The position numbers and the translations under genes were made by a program. This document shows positions 9,076 to 18,014 of a DNA stretch of 18,014 bases, one piece after another. Every line of letters starts with the position of its first letter. The stretch's first letter is position 1. The notes beneath the pieces were generated by a model. The model did no database searches. It had not been told where the DNA came from and was given only the letters and a program-made list of their open reading frames with translations. Source of the stretch: Paraspadella gotoi (lineage: Eukaryota; Animalia; Chaetognatha); assembly GCA_051294375.1 (NCBI GenBank), contig CM119271.1, positions 4,322,758 through 4,340,771 on the forward strand. The letters are read 5' to 3'.

Positions 9076-9194
9076 CTGGGGCGGAAGGGATTGGTGGAGC
9101 GGGGGGAGGGTGGGGAAAGAGGGTGGGTTTATCCGTTCATTCATTTTTTTTTAATTGAATAATCATTATTAAGTCCGTGTATACAATCAATTTT

Positions 9195-9280
9195 TCATTC
9201 ATTCATTCATTCATTCATTCATTCATTCATTCATTCATTTTTTCCCTTTCTTTATTTTTTCTTTTTTTTCTTTCTTTACT

Positions 9281-9315
<35 letters not shown>

Positions 9316-9525
9316 CTTCTTTCTTTCTTTCTTTCTTTTGTCTTTTTGTTCTATGTTATTGATTTTTATTTAATGTCACCTTTTTTTCTGTATTTTTATG
9401 TTGTTTATGTTGTTTTTATTAGTAGTTTGTTTTTTCTCGAATTCATAGTGGTATTAAATGAAAGAGATGAGAGAGAGAGAGAGAGAAGAGAGAGGAGAGA
9501 GAGAGGTAGAGAGAGAAGGAGAGAG

Positions 9526-9578
<53 letters not shown>

Positions 9579-9646
9579 CAGAGAGAAGAGAGAGAGAAGA
9601 CAAGACGAGAGAGAGATAGAGAGAGAGAAAGAGAGAGAGAGAAGAG

Positions 9647-9695
<49 letters not shown>
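9195..9695. repeat. Compound simple repeats (ATTC)n, (TTTC)n, (GA)n in the last intron of the minus-strand gene
   Basis: (ATTC)n about 9195-9238, (TTTC)n about 9283-9335, (GA)n about 9463-9695. Confidence 0.95.
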
Positions 9696-9698
9696 TCA

Positions 9699-9917
9699 CT
9701 CAGATTTTTCCCGCCGCTTCAAAGGTCAACGAGGGGTTGAATCTGACAGAGGATTAAGAATGGAAACAAGAGATTAAAGAATTTCGAAGGGAGAAGTTCG
9801 GGGCAGAAGGTATCGTACGTGGGAGCATTTAGGGCATTGAGGAGCCTTTGGGCATAGAGGCCTTTTTCGGAGACTGACTTCCATTAGTCGCGCGATTCCT
9901 TTCTTTTTCCTCGATGG
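9699..9917 (-). other. Candidate upstream exon pair of the minus-strand gene with a 76-nt intron; reading frame unresolved
   Basis: tttttAG acceptor (9918-9919), 99-nt segment 9819-9917, GTACGA donor at 9818, pyrimidine-rich intron ending ctgtcAG (9743-9744), then a ~44-nt segment. No clean frame joins it to the 9075 exon, and the duplicate copy at 10803-10906 differs by indels, so sequence errors are likely. Confidence 0.3.
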
Positions 9918-10042
9918 CTAAAAATCTAGAAAATCAGTTTGACTCTGTGATGGCCGAAAAAAAAAGATTTTCACAGCTGAATTGTGTTAGAGCTTAAAAT
10001 TTGTATTACGTGGAAATCGTTTTTCATTATCAATTAATCTTC

Positions 10043-10195
10043 GAGAAAACAAAGTTTTATAGTTTCAACAATTGTTTTTATTGAAAACAGACATGTTTCG
10101 GCTTTGGTTTTCAAGCCTTCTTCAGTGAAACTAATAAACTTTGTTTTCTCTAAATCATTTACACAGAAAGAAAGGATTATCATACAATAATCTTC
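10043..10195. mobile_element. 153-bp MITE-like or foldback insertion present in only one copy of the local duplication
   Basis: 25-bp inverted repeats at 10043-10067 and 10126-10150 (23/25 match), inner inverted repeat TTGAAAAC/GTTTTCAA (10081-10088, 10107-10114), flanking direct repeat TAATCTTC (10035-10042, 10188-10195). The second copy has the empty site at about 11290-11297. Confidence 0.5.
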
Positions 10196-10287
10196 AAATG
10201 GCGTTTGTGTTATCAATTTCTTAATTCTTCAATTCGGTTCTCTGTCTTTCTGATATTCCGGGTGGTTCCTCGCTTGTTTGATAATTA

Positions 10288-10304
10288 CATATATATATAT
10301 ATAT

Positions 10305-10372
<68 letters not shown>

Positions 10373-10395
10373 TAGATATATATATATACTATATA
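10288..10395. repeat. (TA)n microsatellite (shorter duplicate at about 11396-11450)
   Basis: Read directly from the sequence. Confidence 0.97.
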
Positions 10396-11395
10396 CGTAC
10401 GTACATATATGGACACACAGTTCTTTCTTTCCTTTTTTCGCCCGTTCTCAGAATTTTTGATTCAAATTTACTGAGGGGGTCAAAAAAAGCTGGCACGACA
10501 AAAAAAAAAAGAGCAATCTTGCGCCGCGCCCTCTCTCGAACCTCCCGTCTCTAATTAACAGCCTCAAACGTGGTTCTTCACTCGAACCTTATTCTTTCTT
10601 CTTTCTTTTTTTTCTTCTTTTCTTTCCTTCTTTTTTCTCTTTTGGGGCCCCCCTGGGGCCAGGACCTCGCCTGAGGCAAGAGTCTCCCACTCTCGCCGCG
10701 CCTGAGCAAAATGCATCAATCACGTAATGATGTTATGTATGTATGTATGTATCTTNNNNNNNNNNNNNNNNNNNNNNNNNGAGAGAGAGAGAGAGAGAGA
10801 GAGTCACTCAGATTTTTCCCGCCCGCTTCCAAGAGGTCAACCGATGGGGTTGAATCTGACAGAGGATTAAGAATGGAAACAAGAGATTAAAGAATTTCGA
10901 AGGGAGNNNNNNNNNNNNNNNNNNNNNNNNNNNNNNNNNNNNNNNNNNNNNNNNNNNNNNNNNNNNNNNNNNNNNNNNNNNNNNNNNNNNNNNNNNNNNN
11001 NNNNNNNNNNNNNNNNNNNNNNNNNNNNNNNNNNNNNNNNNNNNNNNNNNNNNNNNNNNNNNNNNNNNNNNNNNNNNNNNNNNNNNNNNNNNNNNNNNNN
11101 NNNNNNNNNNNNNNNNNNNNNNNNNNNNNNNNNNNNNNNNNNNNNNNNTTTCTTTTTCCTCGATGGCTAAAAATCTAGAAAATCAGTTTGACTCTGTATT
11201 GGCCGAAAAAAAAAAGATTTTCACAGCTGAATTGTGTTAGAGCTTTAAAATTTGTATTACCGTTGGAAAATCGTTTTTCAATTATCAATTAATCTTCAAA
11301 AATGGCGTTTGTGTTTGATCATTTCTTAATTCTTCATTCGGTTCTCTGTCTTTTCTGATATTTCCGGGTGGGTCCTCGCTTGTTTTGATAATTAC

Positions 11396-11444
<49 letters not shown>

Positions 11445-12544
11445 TATATACGTACGTACATATATGGACACGACAGTTCTTTCTTTTCCCTCTTTTTTCG
11501 CCCGTTTCTCAGAATTTTGGATTCAAATTTACTGAGGGGGTCAAAAAAAGCTGGCACGGACAAAAGAGCAATCTTGCGCCGCGCCCTCTCTCGACCTCCC
11601 GTCTCTAATTAACGCCTCAAACGTGGTTCTTTTCACTCGAACCTTATTCTTTCTTTCTTTCTTTTTTTTTCTTCTTTTCTTTCCTTCTTTTTTCTCTCTT
11701 TTCGGGGGCCCCCCTGGGGCCCAGGACCCTCGCCTGAGGCAAGAGTCTCCCCACTCTCGCCGCGCCTGAGCAAAATGCATCAATCACGTAATGAATTGTT
11801 ATGTATGTATGTATGTATCTTTGCAGCTAATTCTTTTCGCGCGCCCTTTCCCGATCCTTCGCAAAGACCTTTTCGCTGCTTTTTATAGATATTGGTTCAC
11901 AATTTTTTATAAGTAAAGCAATGTTAAATAAAATTACGATGGGTTAAATTTGTGTAAAAATTTTGTTTATTGCTTCTCATCTTTTTTAATTATTCTGTTC
12001 TAATTATAAATTTACTCGTCCGACTTTAAATCGCTTTATGCTATTCCGTATCACTCTATCTTAATTTTTATTTCCGTGAGGCTATGTGGCATTTCGTGCC
12101 ACATGAAAAAAAAGTAAGTTAAGCTTATTATATTTTAACGAATGAGAAAAACGGATTGAAAACTAACGCACTTAAGCAACGATTAATCGCATTATTGTGC
12201 ACCGACATAAAAAAAAAACCGTAAAGGATAGACTGAGGGCAGAAACTAGAAGAAACTGGGAAAGGACGGGGCGGAGGGGGGGGCGCGAGAGAAAAAGAGA
12301 AAAAGAAATATCCAGCGTTGGCGGAGAGGAAGAGGTAGGGATTAAGTGGAGAGGACCAGTGCCGAGAGACGTGGGCTAATGGGCGGTTAGAACGGTCGCT
12401 GTCAGCGGAAATGGTGTGCGGGGGGGGGGGACACTGAGGTACAGGTTTTATTTCAGGGTCAGGTGGTTAGGGTAAAGGGGGTTTTGGGTGGGGTTTTGAG
12501 GTTGGACGTTGGGATGGATGAGCGAAGGTTAATCAAAGGTCGAA

Positions 12545-12741
12545 TAACGAGGGAGAGGGAGGGAAGAAGAGAGAGTAGAGTGTGAGAGCAGAGGGAGAGA
12601 GCAGGAGAGGAGAGAGTGATGAGAAAAAGAAGACAAGAGAAGAGGACGAAAGAGAAGTTGAGAGAGAGCAGAGGAGAAGAGAGACGAGAGAGGAGAGAAG
12701 AGACAGAGAGACTGACCAGAGAAAGAGAGAGAGAAGAGAGT

Positions 12742-12777
<36 letters not shown>

Positions 12778-12956
12778 AGAAGGAGAGAGAGAAGAAAGAG
12801 AGGAAGATGAGAGAGAGAAAGAGGAAAGAGGAGTGAACGCGAGAGAGAGCCGAGGGAGAGAGAGAGGTAGAACAAGATAGAGAGAGAAAGAGCGGTGACA
12901 GAGAAAGAGAGAAAGAAGAGAGAGAGAGAGAGAGAGACAGACAGAGACAGACAGAG
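12545..12956. repeat. Degenerate (GA)n polypurine tract
   Basis: Read directly; the noisy pattern suggests poor consensus over a microsatellite. Confidence 0.95.
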
Positions 12957-13081
12957 TCCGACAACATTCTTTCTCTTTCCTTCCTCCAACATCAACATCA
13001 ACAACGAGAAAAAAAAAGAAGTTCGCTTTTTAAAAAGAAGAAACGGAAGTTTGAAAGCGAATAGGCGATTGAGGGAAGAGT

Positions 13082-13143
13082 TGTTTACGCTCGAGGTTCA
13101 TTCAAAGTTACCATGACAACCGATGCGAGTTTACCTTGGCAAC
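13082..13143. promoter_or_regulatory. Forkhead site plus two RFX X-boxes (cilia-gene-type module)
   Basis: TGTTTAC 13082-13088; GTTACCATGACAAC 13107-13120 matches the X-box consensus GTHNYYATRRNAAC; TTTACCTTGGCAAC 13130-13143 has a strong GGCAAC half-site. Confidence 0.65.
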
Positions 13144-13244
13144 CGAAATGAGAAACGCCGGAGAATATATATCGGGAAGAAGACGACGACGAGGACGAAA
13201 ACAAATACGACGACTAAGGTTTTCAAAAATGGCCGACAAAGGAA

Positions 13245-13245
<1 letters not shown>

Positions 13246-13280
<35 letters not shown>

Positions 13281-13342
13281 AATCCATAATCCATAATCCT
13301 AATCCATAATCCATAATCCTAATTAATAATCCTTAATAATCC
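13246..13342 (+). repeat. Heptamer tandem repeat (CATAATC)n with occasional 6-nt units
   Basis: Read directly from the sequence; contains 12 TAATCC hexamers. Confidence 0.9.
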
Positions 13343-13670
13343 CAAATCTTTATTAAAAGTATTGCTAAAATAAGACTTTCAAGAAAAAGTATGGCTAAAA
13401 TAGTAAAATAAAACTTTCAAGAAAACCGTATCAAAAGATATCAAAAAATAATCTCAACTGGTACAATATGTAAATAAGATTGAAGAACTCATTCGCATTC
13501 AAAATAAATTACTCTGCAACTATTTATTTTTTTCTTGTTTTATTTATTTATTTTTTTTTGTGTTGGCTTCGTCGGGTTGTTGAATCGTCGTCGTTTTTGT
13601 GTCGTTTTCTCGTTGTTGTTGTTGTTGTTGCTGTAGAAATGTGGACGGGCAGCTGTTCGTTGGAGAATCG

Positions 13671-13713
13671 TCAAACGTTCCTTAAAAATGTCTTCGTCTT
13701 GACGTCAATCGGC
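13671..13713 (-). CDS. Possible short terminal exon of another minus-strand gene (PIDVKTKTFLRNV-stop)
   Basis: On the minus strand: (CT)n tract, CTAAC branch point (13728-13732), ttttAG acceptor (13714-13715), 13 codons and TGA, then several AATAAA around 13520-13550. Too short to identify. Confidence 0.22.
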
Positions 13714-13729
13714 CTAAAAGGTCTCGCGT

Positions 13730-13730
<1 letters not shown>

Positions 13731-13779
<49 letters not shown>

Positions 13780-13795
13780 AGTGAGAGAGAGAGAG
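13731..13795. repeat. (AG)n microsatellite
   Basis: Read directly from the sequence. Confidence 0.97.
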
Positions 13796-14254
13796 TGAAT
13801 GGAATGTAAAGTAAAGTTTTAAAACTGTTACGTCCGCCAGCTCAGTAATGTGTTAGGCAGCGAAGGTAATGATTCTCGCATTAATCTGCTCCCTCCCGTA
13901 CCATAAATATGTAACGGAGTAAAAAACGTTAAAGGATGAAAATTGTAATTTTTTTTTAAAAAATTGTATGTAAAAAAAAAATAGAAAAAAAAAAATTGAT
14001 TCCGAGTTTTTTTTTCTTTTATTTCTTTTTGCTTCACCGAGATGATCACCGGAAGTCGGAGACGATGACGACGGATGACGACGATGGACGACGACGATGA
14101 CGACGACGATGAGAGTGGAGCGACGAGCGATGAGCGATGAGCGACGCGGATGGGAGGATGGAGCGACGACTGATGTCGAAGCATGGGACGATAAGCCTCG
14201 ATGAGAGAGGTTGACGAGAAGCTTCTTTCTTTCTTTCGTTTTTTCTTTCGCTTC

Positions 14255-14276
14255 TATCTCTCTGCTCTCGGTCTCT

Positions 14277-14333
<57 letters not shown>

Positions 14334-14570
14334 TTTATTCATTCATTCATTCATTCTAATTCATTCATCAATCTTTCGTTTTCGTTCGTTTAATTTATTC
14401 ATCAATCCTTTCTTTTATTTATTCATTTCAGTCTCTTCATTCATCTCATTCATTCATTCAATTCATTCATTCATTCATTCCATTCTCTTTCTCTCCTCTC
14501 TATCTTTCCTTCATTCATTCATCATTCTCTCTCTTCTCTCTTTCTCTCTCTCTCTCTCCTCTCTCTCTCG

Positions 14571-14604
<34 letters not shown>

Positions 14605-14620
14605 GCTGCTCTCTCTCTAG
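14255..14620. repeat. Compound (CT)n / (ATTC)n / (CT)n simple repeats
   Basis: Read directly from the sequence. Confidence 0.95.
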
Positions 14621-14849
14621 TCACTTTTCCTCTCATTCCCTCGGTTTATTTTCCGCTCAAATTCGCAGTAAACTTCCCCAAACCCTCACCTCCAAAAACC
14701 GCCAACACCCCCCCAGCCCGCCCCCCGAAAAAAAAAGTCCCCGAAGGATAAGATTCAGAATAATCACAGCTGGTGTCGGCGAGTGAAGGCTTTGGAAGTG
14801 GCTTTGCCTCCGGAACTCGCGTTTAAGTAGCGCCGGGGTTTGGTGAGGG

Positions 14850-14925
14850 GCGTTGGCGGCCTGCGGCTGCAGCGGCGGCTGCGGCGGGGGCTGCCGGCTG
14901 CGGCGGCAGTGTTGCGGCGGCGCAG
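14850..14925. repeat. GC-rich GCG/GCT/GCA triplet island (inverted copy at about 17895-17965)
   Basis: Read directly; could encode a Pro/Gln- or Ala-rich tract but the frame differs between the two copies. Confidence 0.7.
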
Positions 14926-15401
14926 AACAGGATTTGGATGGAACGCATAATTTTTATTTTTTCGGTTCTGGTGTGGGATATTTTGGGAGGCCGGAGAAAG
15001 TTTGTGTTGGTTTTTTTCGTAGAGTTGTGTCCGCGTGATGCTTATTTTTTAAACAGTTTTTGTTGAGGAATTAACGTCAATGTAGTACGATCTTGTCAGA
15101 GAAAAGAAGGAGACCGGATGTATAAAATGTTTTAGGCTTGGATCATGGTAGATGATTAATTAATAATAGAATCAAATGTTTTTTGGCATTTCGTCAATTT
15201 TTTTTTTTTCGAAAAAGAAGCAGCCCAAACTGGCAACTGTCGTTCTTCCCGCGCTTCCTGTTAGTTCTTTCCCCAATAACGATACAAGTCAAGAAAACGA
15301 AATAGATTTACATCTCAGAACAAGTTCGTAATTTTTGACGGCGCCCCTTCTCTCATTCTCTCTCGGCCGGCTCGAATTATTATCATTTCCAGTATTGCGT
15401 G

Positions 15402-15516
15402 CTCTCTCTCTCTCTCTCACTCTCTCTCTCTCTCTCTATCTCTGCTCTCTCTCTTCTCTCTCTCGTCTCTCTCTCTCTTTCTCTCTCTGCTTCTCTCTAC
15501 TCTCTCTCTCTCTCCT

Positions 15517-15548
<32 letters not shown>

Positions 15549-15595
15549 TCTCTCTCTCTCTCTCCTCTCTCTCTGCTCTCTCTCTCTTCTCTCTC
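15402..15595. repeat. Degenerate (CT)n microsatellite
   Basis: Read directly; the equivalent position in the inverted copy is an N gap (17262-17432). Confidence 0.95.
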
Positions 15596-15611
15596 GTTCC
15601 AATCGATGTAG

Positions 15612-15750
15612 TCGACTACAACAATATGCAAATAGATAATGGGACATCGGCTTCTATGCTTTGCGTCGTCCCGGCAATGATGAATGAATGCCGAGGACAG
15701 TTTCATGGAATGGAGTTTGCTGCGTTGGCGATGGCCGCAGGGCACATAAG
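15612..15750 (+). other. Possible coding exon corrupted by indel errors (second copy on minus strand at about 17113-17250)
   Basis: Non-repetitive island after a (CT)n tract, ending AAG|GTGAAA. A hand merge of the two copies reads roughly DYNNMQMRLMDIGFYLSSSGMMNAEDIFMNEFLRWRWPQGHK. Neither copy alone gives this, and the acceptor AG is present in only one copy. Confidence 0.2.
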
Positions 15751-15894
15751 GTGAAAGGTGATGTGGGTAGTGGTGGTGTGTTATTCTAGGTAGCGAGGTC
15801 ATAATTTTCAATCAAAGTTGGAAATACTTGGATGGAAATTAAGTTCGTCTGTAAATAATTAATTTCTGTTCCGATCCTTTTAAAAAAATCTCTC

Positions 15895-15948
<54 letters not shown>

Positions 15949-16942
15949 CTCNNNNNNNNNNNNNNNNNNNNNNNNNAGTCGGGACTATTTTCGCCGCGAC
16001 TTCGTTCGCCGCGACCAGCTCTCATCGCTCGACGAAAATGGCGTCAAGTCTTTTGTTTTGATGCATCAATTATGGAGAAGGAAAATTCGGTTTCGCTCGC
16101 GATTCTCTCGAGACGAAGCCGCCGCCGCCGCCGCTTCCAGGTCAACGGGAAAATTAGAGGAGGGAATAACAAGTTACTGTTATGTTTCCTTCTTGTTTTG
16201 TTTCGTTTTTTGTTGTTTTTTTTTTATTTCGCTTTTTTATTTAGCTTTCAAAGAGAGCTTTTCAATGAAACTTCACAGAGGATTGTCAACTTATTTATTT
16301 TTGCAAAAATTAAGACTTTAAAACTTTACTATGCTCCTAAAACCCAGGCGAAAAATTTCATAGTGGCTTAAATTTGTTTTTATGTGGGCGGCGGCACTCT
16401 GTCCAAAAAAAAAAAATAGAAAAACATGAAGCCTCAATGTTGTTTTGTTTTGTTTTGCTTTTTTTTCTTCTTTTGTGGTAGTCGTAGTAGTTGTTTATGT
16501 TTGCCGTTATTGTTATTTAAAGACGAATAATGATGTAAATATTATAACGTTCAGTTAAGAACGTACAATGAGTCGGTTTCGACCCTCAGACATTGGAGGC
16601 AAATATCGAGACTTCTGCAATTTTGTAATACTTTGCGGAAGAAGATTATGTAAGAAATATTCTCGATAAAGTCTCAGTGATAAAGAAAAACAATTAATGA
16701 CATTAACTTGTCTGAGATGAAAAAATACTCGTGTTAAAAAGAGAGCGTCGATGATAAAACGGCCGTCTGGTGGCGGGATAATTTAGTTGACATTCCGAAA
16801 GGGCGTCGCTATCTCAGANNNNNNNNNNNNNNNNNNNNNNNNNNNNNNNNNNNNNNNNNNNNNNNNNNNNNNNNNNNNNNNNNNNNNNNNNNNNNNNNNN
16901 NNNNNNNNNNNNNNNNNNNNNNNNNNNNNNNNNNNNNNNNNN

Positions 16943-16977
<35 letters not shown>

Positions 16978-18014
16978 TTTTTTTAAAGATGGAAAGAAAT
17001 TAATTATTTAAGACGAACTTAATTTCTCATCCAAGTATTTCCACTTTGATTGAAAATTATGACCTCCTACCTAGAATAAACACCCACCCATACCCACCCA
17101 TCCACCTTTCCACCCTTATGTCCCTGCGGCCAATCGACCAACGCAGAAACTCATTCATGAAAATGTCCTCGGCATTCAATCTCATTCCGGGGACGAGAAA
17201 GATAGAAGCCCGATGTCCATTAATCTCATTTGCATATTGTTGTAGTCGATTATCGATTGGANNNNNNNNNNNNNNNNNNNNNNNNNNNNNNNNNNNNNNN
17301 NNNNNNNNNNNNNNNNNNNNNNNNNNNNNNNNNNNNNNNNNNNNNNNNNNNNNNNNNNNNNNNNNNNNNNNNNNNNNNNNNNNNNNNNNNNNNNNNNNNN
17401 NNNNNNNNNNNNNNNNNNNNNNNNNNNNNNNNAGAGAGAGAGCACGCCAATACTGGAAATGATAATAATTCGAGCCGCGAGAGAGAATGAGCCAGAAGGG
17501 GCGCCGTCAAAAATTACGACTTGTCTGAGATTAAACTATTTCGTTTCTTGATTTATCGTTATTGGGAAAGAACTAAAGGGAAGCGGGGAAGACGACAGTT
17601 GCCAGTTTGGGCTGGTTTGCTTTTTGAAAAAAAAAAAATTGACGAAATGCCAAAAAACATTGATTCTATTATTATTAATCATTAATGATCAAGCTAAAAA
17701 ATTTTCATACCATCGGTTCTCCTTTTTTCTCGACAAAGATTGTAAACTAATTGAACGTTAAATTTCACAAAACTGTTTAAAAAATAAGCAATCACCGACA
17801 CACGAAAAAAAAACCACAAACTTTCTCCGGCCTCCCAAAATACCCACACCAGACGAAAAAATAAAATTATGCGGTTCCATCCAAATCCTGTTTCTGCCGC
17901 CGCCGACACTGCCGCCGCAGCCGCAGCCCCCGCCGCAGCCGCCGCCTGCAGCCGCAGCCGCCAACGCCCCTCACCCAAACCCCGGCGCTACTTAAACGCG
18001 AGTTCCGGAGGCAA

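Larger units (their letters stand above)
9675..11821 (+). repeat. About 1.1-kb tandem duplication (9675-10755 and 10781-11821) split by a 25-N gap; likely false duplication
   Basis: Collinear matches (gtcactcagattttt, cctcgatggctaaaaatctaga, (TA)n, ggcaagagtctccc, gtatgtatctt) that differ mostly by 1-nt indels. Confidence 0.9.
14804..18014. repeat. Large inverted duplication: 14804-15951 is the reverse complement of 16943-18014 (runs off the window); unique spacer 15977-16818
   Basis: ttgcctccggaactcgcgtttaagtagcgccgggg at 14804 is the reverse complement of the window end, and the arms stay collinear to the (CT)n/(AG)n tracts. N gaps at both inner ends (15952-15976, 16819-16942). Confidence 0.9.

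Noticed and set aside
8723-9154. 143-aa + strand ORF with poly-Pro and Val-rich segments
   Set aside because: It is the antisense of the minus-strand exon plus a (CCT)n tract; splice signals and codon usage favour the minus strand.
14045-14200. GAC/GAT-rich stretch giving a Ser-rich 118-aa minus-strand ORF
   Set aside because: Low complexity and noisy, with no convincing splice sites or recognisable protein.
1-18014. CRISPR arrays, tRNA/rRNA genes, transposase or reverse-transcriptase ORFs
   Set aside because: None seen; the alternating conserved B and variable A pattern is in-frame protein-coding repetition in eukaryotic DNA.

Overview
Eukaryotic, probably invertebrate metazoan, draft-assembly DNA: microsatellite-rich, with N gaps and indel-noisy copies in the 3' half. 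The main feature is a complete intronless gene at 2842-7296 (+) with TATA box, TCAGTT initiator and AATAAA signal. It encodes a 1484-aa secreted all-helical tandem-repeat protein: ten 105-112 aa amphipathic A modules alternating with nine 42-aa B modules. All 20 tyrosines sit exactly at module junctions and there are no KR/RR sites, which suggests a polyprotein cut after Tyr into two kinds of lipid- or membrane-binding products (inference; I cannot assign it to a named family). Converging on it is the last coding exon (8912-9075, -) of an EF-hand-like gene, missed by the ORF track. About 4 kb upstream of that exon is a Forkhead plus double RFX X-box module typical of cilia genes. The rest is simple repeats, a 1.1-kb tandem duplication and a >1-kb inverted duplication, both bounded by N gaps and probably assembly artefacts; one tandem copy carries a MITE-like hairpin insertion.
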